A DNA stretch of 64,000 nt from an uncultured Opitutales bacterium (lineage in GTDB: Bacteria; Verrucomicrobiota; Verrucomicrobiia; Opitutales; JABDGR01). A model generated the notes under the pieces. It was not told where the DNA came from. It searched no databases and worked only from the letters and a program-made list of their open reading frames with translations. The translations under genes were made by a program, and so were the position numbers. How positions within the stretch are numbered: the first letter of the stretch is position 1; each line of letters starts with the position of its first letter. Of the stretch, positions 19,567 to 27,778 are shown in pieces. Where the stretch lies: positions 23,307 to 87,306 of the forward strand of contig CAZLPS010000008.1 of NCBI GenBank assembly GCA_964561455.1. The letters run 5' to 3'.

Positions 19567-21800
19567 AAATGTATTTTGCCTGCCGCTCCCCATTGCTGCC
19601 TTTGGCTGGATTGATTCTTGCCCTGCGGCCGGCGCCACTCCTCTGCGGGGCCGATGTTTCCCCGCCGACAGGGACGGCTGCCGCTCCGGCCGCACTTCCC
19701 ACTCATTGGTCCGTCGTCAATTCCGGCGATGCGACGACTTTGTCCCAGGTGATTTGGACCGGCGCGCAATTTGTGGCCGCGGGCGGCGACACGGTGATGA
19801 CTTCGCCGGACGGGTTGAAGTGGACGGCGAAGCACCTCGGGCCGCCCTCCTCCTTATTCGCCATTGCCGCGAACAACGGCGCCTGCGTCGCGCTCAGCCT
19901 GGATGGCGCAATTCTCACTTCTCAAGATTTGGTCAATTGGGCGGGCCGCCAGCCTCCCGACCTGGCCGCTCGGGCAAGTCCGGCAGGCGGAGCCCCACCG
20001 ACGGCCGAACGCCTCGTGGACATTGCTTATACAGGCACGAGCTTCGAAATTGTCGGTGAGCATGGCAGCATTTTGCGCTCGACCAATGGGGAGACCTGGG
20101 GGGCCTTTAGATTTACGTTTTCCCCCAGCGGGATTCCCGCCCAAGCGAATAGTGGCAACTCCACCTTCCACCGCACCGCCTGGACCTCGGGCAACCTGAT
20201 GGTTGCCGCCGCCGCTGACGGCCTCTGGTACAGACTCAAGGAACCGGTGAGCGGTTATGTACATTGGGATAAGGCCCCCTACTCCACCGCGAACATGCAT
20301 GACGTGGCGTGGAACGGTTCGGTATTTGTGGCCGTCGGCAATCAACCCACCAATCTCTATAGCTCGGACGACGCCCTGAATTGGACCAGGCGCAATTCGG
20401 GCGTGAGCGCCGACCTCCTCGGTGTCACCCAGGCCGGGGGTCAATTTGTGGCGGTCGGTGCGAACGGGACCATTATCACTTCGCCCGACGGCGCAAACTG
20501 GAGCCCCGGCGACGCCAATTCCAAAAGCAATTTGACCAGCGTTGCAGCCAATGGGAAAATTTTTGTGGCGGTTTCCGACAGTGGCGCGGTGCTGGTTTCA
20601 CCGCCCCTGGCCGGCGCCAACTTCACTTCGGCGGCATTGACCCCATTGCACACGCCGAACGTCTATCCGCCGCCCGCCGCCTCCCCGGGTACGCCGGCAG
20701 CGGGGCCGCCGGGGGCGCTGGACCGGTGGACGGTGGCAAGTTCGGGTGAAGCAACGCAGTATTGGCAGATCGCCTGGCAGGAAAACGCCTTTGTCTGCGT
20801 CGGCAATGATGGCACCTTGCTGAGTTCGCCCGACGGCGCGGTGTGGAAAAAAGCCCGCACCAACACCACCGCCCAATTTCAAGGCACCACCGGCAACGGC
20901 AAAATCAATGTCGCCGTGGGGTTGTTCGGAACCGTGGTCACTTCACCGGATTTGGAGACTTGGACGACCCAGCCGGCCCCGACGACGGAGCGGCTGTTTG
21001 CGGTGCTGTGGCAGGGCGCGCAATTTGTGGCCCTGGGCAACAACGGCACCGTCATCCTCTCGCCCGACGGCCTCGCCTGGCGCAGCGCGCCCCAACAATC
21101 CAGTACCATTTTTTATCATCATGGCGTCTGGGCCGGCCGCCAGTTTATTGTCGCCAGCGGCAACGGGCTCTCCACCTCTGCCGATGGTCTGGCCTGGAGG
21201 ACCGCGCCAGGTGTCAGCTCCAAAATGTATGATGTCGCCGCCAATAGCAGCCTGGCGGTCGCGGTGGGGGAATCACCGAATAACCTCGTCACCTCGCCCG
21301 ACGGCATCCGTTGGACGCGGCAGAGCCCGCCCTCGCCGGAGATGCTTGCCGCGGTGACGTGGACGGGCACCCAATTTCTCGCCGCGGGCGCCAACGACAC
21401 CCTCCTCAGTTCACCCGACGGGATAATCTGGACGGCCCACCGCACCGGGACCGGTCTCTTTCTGAATGGAATCGCCCAACATGGCGATACAACCGTCATT
21501 GCCACCCGCACCGGCGAGATTCTGGTTAACAAACTCTTGGAAAAAGTCGCCGCCCCGGAAATTTCCCTGGCCCCGGGCGTGCCGGGATCGGTGCCGCAAC
21601 TCCTGCTGACGTGCCCGACGCCCGGCGCCAAAATTTATGTCACCGACGATGGCCGCGAGCCAACTGTCAACACCACGCTTTATACCGGGCCATTCACCGT
21701 CCCGCATCCCGGCGTAGTCAAGGCGCGCGCTTTCAAGGACAATGCCATTCCCAGCGACCTGGCCTCCGCCCAATTCACCCCCGGGCCAATCTCGCCTTAA
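19563..21800 (+). CDS. secreted Asp-box beta-propeller protein, two propeller modules + CHB_HEX_C-like C-terminus; paralog of 18262..19566
   Basis: ATG 19563 overlaps the stop of the upstream gene (ATGA). It gives MKMYFACRSPLLPLAGLILALRPAPLLCGAD (signal-like). The listed ORF start at 19476 lies inside the upstream gene. The C-terminal half aligns by eye along the whole of the upstream protein (...DRWTVASSGEATQYWQIAWQ... vs ...DQWTIASSGETSYYWQLAWL...). The last roughly 110 aa are very similar between the two. Confidence 0.8.
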   Translation: MKMYFACRSPLLPLAGLILALRPAPLLCGADVSPPTGTAAAPAALPTHWSVVNSGDATTLSQVIWTGAQFVAAGGDTVMTSPDGLKWTAKHLGPPSSLFAIAANNGACVALSLDGAILTSQDLVNWAGRQPPDLAARASPAGGAPPTAERLVDIAYTGTSFEIVGEHGSILRSTNGETWGAFRFTFSPSGIPAQANSGNSTFHRTAWTSGNLMVAAAADGLWYRLKEPVSGYVHWDKAPYSTANMHDVAWNGSVFVAVGNQPTNLYSSDDALNWTRRNSGVSADLLGVTQAGGQFVAVGANGTIITSPDGANWSPGDANSKSNLTSVAANGKIFVAVSDSGAVLVSPPLAGANFTSAALTPLHTPNVYPPPAASPGTPAAGPPGALDRWTVASSGEATQYWQIAWQENAFVCVGNDGTLLSSPDGAVWKKARTNTTAQFQGTTGNGKINVAVGLFGTVVTSPDLETWTTQPAPTTERLFAVLWQGAQFVALGNNGTVILSPDGLAWRSAPQQSSTIFYHHGVWAGRQFIVASGNGLSTSADGLAWRTAPGVSSKMYDVAANSSLAVAVGESPNNLVTSPDGIRWTRQSPPSPEMLAAVTWTGTQFLAAGANDTLLSSPDGIIWTAHRTGTGLFLNGIAQHGDTTVIATRTGEILVNKLLEKVAAPEISLAPGVPGSVPQLLLTCPTPGAKIYVTDDGREPTVNTTLYTGPFTVPHPGVVKARAFKDNAIPSDLASAQFTPGPISP

Positions 21801-22108
21801 CGTTGCGGGAGCACAATTATCGGATCACCGCGGGCGGCATGCCAAAAACGCAAGATATAAACCACGCCAGGATCAGAACGAATCTCGTAAATGATGCGAA
21901 AGGCCTGGTGAATTGATTCCCGAACTGCGGCATCACCAATTTCCGGAACTACCCGGCCTGATTGCGGAAACTCGCCAACCGCCAGCGCCCGATCCAACAG
22001 AAGGTCGCCAAAAGCACGAGCGCGCACGGCATTATCTTTTGCAATAAACTCGACGATTTTGCGCAAATCCTCAATCGCGACCGGAGTTAGGATGACTTTG
22101 TGACCCAT
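21797..22108 (-). CDS. type II toxin-antitoxin system RelE/ParE-family toxin
   Basis: 103 aa. MGHKVILTPVAIEDLRKIVEFIAKDN...FRIIYEIRSDPGVVYILRFWHAARG follows the typical ParE/RelE-family pattern. It sits directly downstream of, and overlaps, a small antitoxin-sized ORF. Confidence 0.75.
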   Translation of the reverse strand: MGHKVILTPVAIEDLRKIVEFIAKDNAVRARAFGDLLLDRALAVGEFPQSGRVVPEIGDAAVRESIHQAFRIIYEIRSDPGVVYILRFWHAARGDPIIVLPQR

Positions 22109-22278
22109 TGGCGTACGAGGTTGCGGACCGCTTCCACGGGCCTGCCCTCACCGCGCAAAGCTTGCTCACGGGCCAACTGCACGCCTGCCAGAAATTCGAT
22201 TTCCCTCGCTATTTCTGGTAGCGGGGTGTTTTCCGGCAGCCGCGTGACCAGCTCGATGACAACTTCCCGGTTGCTCAT
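22087..22278 (-). CDS. putative antitoxin partner of the ParE-like toxin
   Basis: ORF 22087..22296(-), trimmed to ATG 22278 (MSNREVVIELVTRLPENTPLPEIAREIEFLAGV...). It is about 63 aa and overlaps the toxin start by 22 nt, the classic antitoxin-toxin order. The family was not recognised with certainty. Confidence 0.55.
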   Translation of the reverse strand: MSNREVVIELVTRLPENTPLPEIAREIEFLAGVQLAREQALRGEGRPVEAVRNLVRQWVTKSS

Positions 22279-22434
22279 GCGAACAGCGTGTTGCAAACTG
22301 TTGCAAAAGGCAAGAGGAGAAGCGCCCCGACCTCGCCTAACCCTGGATCGTCAGCCGCCAACGTTCTACCGCAGGCAAATCGCAGCATTGCACCCTCGCC
22401 TCGCTCTGGTACATTTGCCCCAAACCCCAACCCC

Positions 22435-23439
22435 ATGCGCCCCCTCCCCTTTTTGTCTCTTTCACTTGTTGCCCTCGCCGCCCAGGCGGCGGATGCTCCC
22501 ATGCCAACTGTCGCCCCGGCGACCTCGGCCACCCCCTTCGCCCAGACTACGGTCACCACGGCGCAAATCAATGCCGCGAGCACGGTTTTCTTTGTCCTCA
22601 ATGCCGATGCCTCCAAGATTTTGCCCTCGCCCCCAAAGCAACTGGAAGACCTGCAAATTCTGCGTTTATGGGCCGGGCCAGCGCCTTTGCAACAGGGCGA
22701 CAACCCCGCTGCCGACACCCCAACCCTGACCGTCTACCTGCCTCCGTACGGGAAGGCGACCGGCGCCGCCATGGTCATCTGTCCCGGTGGCGCCTACACG
22801 CACGTCTCGCCGCGCGAAGGCATTCCGGCCGGGCAATGGCTCGCCAAGAATGGCATTACCGCGTTCATTCTAAATTACCGCGTTGGCCCCAAATACCGCT
22901 ATCCGGCCGAAACCGATGACGGTCTCCGCGCCATGCGTTACGTCCGTGCCAATGCGGTGGCGTGGGGCCTGGATCCGCAACGCATCGGCATCATTGGATT
23001 TTCCGCCGGCGGCCACCTCGCCAGTTATGTCGCCACCCATTTCGATCCAGGCAAGCCGGATGACACCGACCCCATCGAGCGCGCCAGTTCTCGCCCCGAT
23101 TTGCAAATCCTCCTCTATCCCGTCATGACCATGAGCGACAACGCCATCGTCGAACGTGGCTCCCGCTCCAGCCTCCTCGGGGCCAATCCGGCGCCGGAGT
23201 TGCTCGATCTGCTCAGCAATGAAAAGCAAGTAACCAAGGACACCCCGCCCGCCTTCGTCTGCCATTCCACTCAGGACAACACCGTCCCCATCGCGAATTC
23301 CGACCGCTACACCGACGCCCTGGCGAAGAACAACGTCCCCTATGTTTTCATCCGGGAACCGATCGGTGGCCACGGCTTCGGCATCACCGACGCCTGGTCG
23401 GGCCAGGCCATGGCCTGGCTGCGCACCCAAAAATTTTGA
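22435..23439 (+). CDS. secreted alpha/beta-hydrolase fold esterase (carbohydrate esterase-like)
   Basis: ATG 22435 gives MRPLPFLSLSLVALAAQAADA (signal-like). PGGAYTHV resembles an oxyanion-region motif and GFSAGGHLAS is a GxSxG nucleophile elbow. The listed upstream extension from 22288 is Pro/Ser-rich junk. Confidence 0.75.
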   Translation: MRPLPFLSLSLVALAAQAADAPMPTVAPATSATPFAQTTVTTAQINAASTVFFVLNADASKILPSPPKQLEDLQILRLWAGPAPLQQGDNPAADTPTLTVYLPPYGKATGAAMVICPGGAYTHVSPREGIPAGQWLAKNGITAFILNYRVGPKYRYPAETDDGLRAMRYVRANAVAWGLDPQRIGIIGFSAGGHLASYVATHFDPGKPDDTDPIERASSRPDLQILLYPVMTMSDNAIVERGSRSSLLGANPAPELLDLLSNEKQVTKDTPPAFVCHSTQDNTVPIANSDRYTDALAKNNVPYVFIREPIGGHGFGITDAWSGQAMAWLRTQKF

Positions 23440-25205
23440 GTAAAGCATGGCTCCCTTTGTCTCCCGCCTTTGTGCGCAACCCAATCGCATTTTTCCTGGT
23501 CCTGTTGGCGCTGCAAGGCCGCGCCGCGTCCACGGCCGGGGCGCCGGCGGCGGACATCCGGCCGGCGGCGTTGCCAGCGCTTTATGTAGTCGGCGATTCC
23601 ACGGCGGCGAAAAATAACGGCACTACCATCCAAGGTTGGGGCATGCCGTTTTTGACTTATTTTGATCCGGCGAAAATTAACGTGGTCAATGCCGCGCTCG
23701 GCGGCCGCAGCTCACGGACATTTATCACCGAGGGACATCTGGACGCCCTGCTCGCCAAACTCCAGCCGGGCGACATCGTCTTGATTCAGTGGGGCCACAA
23801 CGACCCCTATCCGCTCAACGACGCCAACGGGCGCGGTAGCCTCTTTGGCCTCGGCGACGAAACCGAGGACATCATCCGCTCCACCACCAACCTGCCCGAG
23901 ACGCTGCACACCTTCGGCTGGTATATGCGCAAATATATTGCCGACATTTCGGCCAAAGGGGCCAAACCCATCGTCCTTACGCTTACCATTCGCGACCGCT
24001 GGTATAATGGCAAGATTGAGCGCACGCCCGACCAGGTTCCCAAATCCACCGCCGCCGACGGGCGGGACAAGGAACCCACCCGCTACAGCCTCTGGTCCGC
24101 CGACATCGCCAAGGCTGCGAACGTACCACTGCTCGACGTGCATAATATGATTGCCGACCGCTACGACCGGGAGGGCACCGACATTGTCTCCACGTATTTC
24201 AACTGCCCGTCCGACCCCACGCACCGTAATCCCAAGGGCGCCGCAGTGGATGCCGAAATCACGCTGGCCTGTCTCAAGGCGTTCGAGGGTCCCGCATTCA
24301 ACGCCTATTTGAATGACCCCGGCAAAGCCGTCGCCGCCGCCGACGCCAAATATATTTTCCCGAATCTCGCCCTGACCACCCCGGCCGCCACCCCTCCCGC
24401 TGCCACTGCTCCCGCACCCGCAGCCACTCCGCCCTCCGCGACGGGCGCACCACCGGCGCCGACGGCCGCGCCAACCCTTCACCCGGCGCTATTTTTGGTC
24501 GGCGATTCCATCATGAAGACGGGAAATGCGCCGGGCAATGTCGGCCCTTGGGGCATGGGCTACGAAATCATCCCCCTGTTCGATGCCGCAAAAATTCATG
24601 TCTATAATGAAGGCGCCGGCGGGCGCAGCAGCCGCGGCTATATCGAAGAAGGCTTGTGGGGCAAGGTCGTTGACCGCCTGCAACCCGGCGACTTCGTCAT
24701 CGTCATGTTCGGCCACAATGACGCCGCCAATTCCGCCAATTATCCCAACCGCCTCACCGTCCCGGGCAGCGGCGATGAAACGAAGGAAATCGATTCGCCC
24801 GTCTCCGGCAAAAAGGAAACCATCCACACCTACGGCTGGTACATGCAGCAATATGCCAAAGACGCCAAAACCAAAGGCGCGACGCTCATCATCTGCTCCC
24901 CTGTGCCCCGCAACACTTGGGTGGCAGGCAAAATCAAACGTGGTTTCGATGGCTACGCGGGTTGGGCGGCCGATGCCGCCAAAGCCGCCGGTGTCCAGTT
25001 CATTGACCTCAACACCATCTCGGCGGACAAATTTGATGCCCTCGGCCAACAGGCCACCGCCACCTATTTCGCCGACAACCAGCACACCACCAAGGCCGGG
25101 GCAAAGTTAAATGCAGAGTCGGTGATTGCCGGGATCAAGTTGCTCAAAGACAATCCGCTGACCCGGTACCTGTCCGCTGCCGCCCCGGCGGCCGCGCCGA
25201 AATAA
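23436..25205 (+). CDS. tandem SGNH/GDSL hydrolase, rhamnogalacturonan acetylesterase-like (CE12-like), two catalytic domains
   Basis: Two copies of the SGNH blocks are present. Block I: YVVGDSTA and FLVGDSIM. Block II: ALGGRSSR and GAGGRSSR. Block III: QWGHNDP and MFGHNDA. Block V: DPTHRNPKGA and DNQHTTKAGA. The domains are joined by a PATPPAATAPAPAATPP linker. The TTG start at 23436 overlaps the upstream stop (TTGA). The N-terminus is signal-like. Confidence 0.8.
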   Translation: MSKAWLPLSPAFVRNPIAFFLVLLALQGRAASTAGAPAADIRPAALPALYVVGDSTAAKNNGTTIQGWGMPFLTYFDPAKINVVNAALGGRSSRTFITEGHLDALLAKLQPGDIVLIQWGHNDPYPLNDANGRGSLFGLGDETEDIIRSTTNLPETLHTFGWYMRKYIADISAKGAKPIVLTLTIRDRWYNGKIERTPDQVPKSTAADGRDKEPTRYSLWSADIAKAANVPLLDVHNMIADRYDREGTDIVSTYFNCPSDPTHRNPKGAAVDAEITLACLKAFEGPAFNAYLNDPGKAVAAADAKYIFPNLALTTPAATPPAATAPAPAATPPSATGAPPAPTAAPTLHPALFLVGDSIMKTGNAPGNVGPWGMGYEIIPLFDAAKIHVYNEGAGGRSSRGYIEEGLWGKVVDRLQPGDFVIVMFGHNDAANSANYPNRLTVPGSGDETKEIDSPVSGKKETIHTYGWYMQQYAKDAKTKGATLIICSPVPRNTWVAGKIKRGFDGYAGWAADAAKAAGVQFIDLNTISADKFDALGQQATATYFADNQHTTKAGAKLNAESVIAGIKLLKDNPLTRYLSAAAPAAAPK

Positions 25206-25379
25206 CTTCGGCCGGCGATTACAATCCTGCCGGGATTTTCCACCCGCTAGAAGCTTTACTTCACCATCGGAAAAAATATTTTAAAGGAATTGCCCCGCGC
25301 GGTCATTCCATCGGCAAAGTCGAACCCTCAGCTGCAATCCTTTATCTTCCCCATTCACGATCCTTCGATCTCGCCCATC

Positions 25380-27512
25380 ATGAGAAATTCCTGCGCCCTT
25401 CGTCCACGGCTCCCGGCCCTATCCTTAATGGTTTATGCGCTGGTTTTATCCGCCGTGCTGCGCGGAGCCGATGCCGCACCTGCCGACCCCACCACCCCGG
25501 TGGCGTTCCCGTCCGCGCCGGCTGCCGGCCCCGCTGACCCCTGGGCCGTCGTGAATACCACCGCCGCCACCAACCTCGAACAAGTCATCTGGACCGGCAA
25601 GGAATTCGTTGCCGCCGGGGGAAATGTGGTCGTGAATTCGCCTGATGGCTTGAATTGGACCGCCCATGGCGTGGGCAATGGCAAAATGAGCCTCCTAAGC
25701 GTCGCCTACAACGGCAAGGAGTATGTGGTGGTTGGGGCGAACGGAGCCATCGCGTCCTCGCCCGATTTGAATTTCTGGCAATCCCACGAAACCGGCGCCG
25801 TGCGCAAGTTTTCCCTCGTCGTCTGGACCGGAAATAAATTTTTTGCGCTCGGCGATGTCGGCGCCAAAGCCTTTTCCCCGGATGGCGTCACTTGGACCCT
25901 CGGCCCGTCCTCGGGCAACGTGTATTACACCCACGGCGTGTGGAGTGGCACCCAGTTGGTCCTGGGCTCGGCCAAAAACCTGTTCATCTCCAGTGACGCC
26001 GAAAACGTTTCCCTTGCCAAAGGCAATGTGGGCGCGATGCACGATGTGGCCTGGGGTCGGAACCTTTTTGTCGCCGTCGGCGACACGAAGAATGGCGTGA
26101 TGGTTTCGGCAGACGGCGCCAGCTGGGCCGCCCAGAACCCCGGCTTGAAAAACATCCTTTACGGCGTGACCTGGACCGGACAACAATTTGTGGCCGTCGG
26201 CGAAGCCGGCACCATTATCTCCTCGCCTGATGGCACCGTCTGGAAAGCCGCCGCCTCCGGCACCAGGGAAACCCTCACCAGCGTGGCCGGGAACGGCACG
26301 GTGTCTGTCGCCGTGGGCAAAAACGGCGCCATCCTCAGCACCAATGCAAAATTGCTGCAAAATTATCACAGCGCCTCGCTGAGTTCCCTCCCACCAGCGC
26401 CGGGCCAGCGCTTCGGGCCCGCCTCCGGCGGCGGCCCGCTCGACCATTGGACCGTCACCGATGACACCGACACCCGGCCATTCATGCAAATCGCCTGGCT
26501 GAATAATCAATTCGTGGCCACCAGTTGGGACCGTGTTCGCAATTCAGGCGATGGCTTTTCCTGGAACACCCACACCCTTACCGGCCGGTCACTTAACAGC
26601 ATTGCCACCAACGGCAGCCTCTTTGTGGTCGTCAGCGATGTCGGCGAAATTTCCACCTCCCCCGATCTGGAAAAGTGGACCAAACGAACGAGCAGCACCA
26701 CCCTCCGCCTCTTCAGCGTCTTGTGGACCGGCACCCAATTCGAGGCCCTGGGTGACAACGGCATTATCGTCACCTCGGCGGACGGGATCAAGTGGACGCA
26801 GTAATCCCCGTTCACTAGCGCTACTTTTCACCATGGCCTGTGGGCCGGCGACAAGTTTGTCCTCGCGGACTACCGCGGCGTGGACACTTCTCCGGATGGT
26901 CTGAAATGGAGCCGGACGCTCGGCACCACCGATAAAATGATGGACGTTGCCTGGAACGGCAAAGTCTTCGTTGCCGTTGGCTCCGTCGGGGGCGGCGTCT
27001 ATTCCTCGCCTGATGCCGTGACTTGGACCAAGCAATCTCTCCCCACCAACAACGGCTTTGCCGCCATCACTTGGACCGGCAGTGAATTCCTGGCCGGAGG
27101 CGCCACCGGCATCCTCGCCAGTTCGCCGGACGGAACGGCGTGGACCATTCACCTCCTCGATCCCGGCTTCAACATTACCGCCCTCGCGGCCCACAATGGC
27201 ACGGTGGTGCTGGGAACGGATGCCGGAATGCTTCTCATCAACAAAGTGCCTGACTCCACCGCCACGCCCGTGATTTCCCTTGATGTCGGGTCCGCCGGCG
27301 CCCTGGCCCAAGTCACCCTCCATTCCCCGGTTGCCAGTGCAAAGATTTATTACACCGACAATGGCCAGGACCCCACCCCTCAGTCCAACCTCTACACCAC
27401 GCCATTTACCCCGACCCACAACGCTGTCATCAAAGCCCGCGCCTACCTCGATGGCGTCAATCCCAGCGAGGTCGCCGCCGCCGAATTTAAAATCGGCGCC
27501 AGCACCCCCTAG
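25380..27512 (+). pseudogene. third Asp-box beta-propeller + CHB_HEX_C paralog (two-module type) interrupted by one in-frame TAA at 26802-26804
   Basis: ORFs 25290..26804 and 26880..27512 are in the same frame (26880-25290 = 1590). Reading through the TAA gives ...TSADGIKWTQ*SPFTSATFHHGLWAGDKFVLADYRGVDTSPDGLKW... This aligns with ...SSPDGLTWTTGPRTTTVTFHHGLWTRGQF... of the first paralog. ATG 25380 gives MRNSCALRPRLPALSLMVYALVLSAVLRGADA (signal-like). Confidence 0.75.
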
Positions 27513-27644
27513 CTCCGGATCTTTGGCAAAGCCGCCAACCCCCATCCGCAAACATCGAACCCTCGACTTCCATCTTGTAACTTCCCCATTCCCCACACTT
27601 CGTTCTCGCCAATCATTCCAAATTTAGTCTCCTGTCTCACCATT

Positions 27645-27665
27645 TCAAATCTCAAATCTCAAATC
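27645..27665. repeat. perfect tandem heptamer (TCAAATC)x3
   Basis: tcaaatc tcaaatc tcaaatc, read directly from the sequence. It lies in the intergenic region after the third propeller paralog. Confidence 0.95.
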
Positions 27666-27701
27666 CTGCGCCGCCCCCTCCGCCCTTCGCCCTTTGATTA
27701 C

Positions 27702-27729
27702 AATTCGAAATTCGTAATTCAGAATTCCC
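27702..27729. repeat. degenerate tandem heptamer array AATTCnn x4
   Basis: aattcga aattcgt aattcag aattccc. Confidence 0.9.
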
Positions 27730-27743
27730 GCCCGCGCCTTCCT

Positions 27744-27778
27744 TTCTTAATTCTTAATTTTTAATTCTTAATTCCCCC
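27744..27778 (+). repeat. tandem heptamer array (TTCTTAA)(TTCTTAA)(TTTTTAA)(TTCTTAA)(TTCCCCC) abutting the ATG of the triple-YbjQ gene
   Basis: Read directly from the sequence. The array stays in register right up to ATG 27779. Confidence 0.95.

Noticed and set aside
26589-27596. Minus-strand 335-aa ORF and similar antisense ORFs over the propeller paralogs (for example 25695..26510, 19854..20444, 21119..21631).
   Set aside because: They are antisense to genes with clear repeat homology among three paralogs, and no domains are recognisable.
27645-27778. Whether the short tandem arrays could be a CRISPR array or minisatellite-encoded peptide.
   Set aside because: The units are 7 bp with no spacers (CRISPR repeats are 24-48 bp with unique spacers). 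The arrays lie outside supported ORFs, or, at 58724, only within an implausible N-terminal extension.
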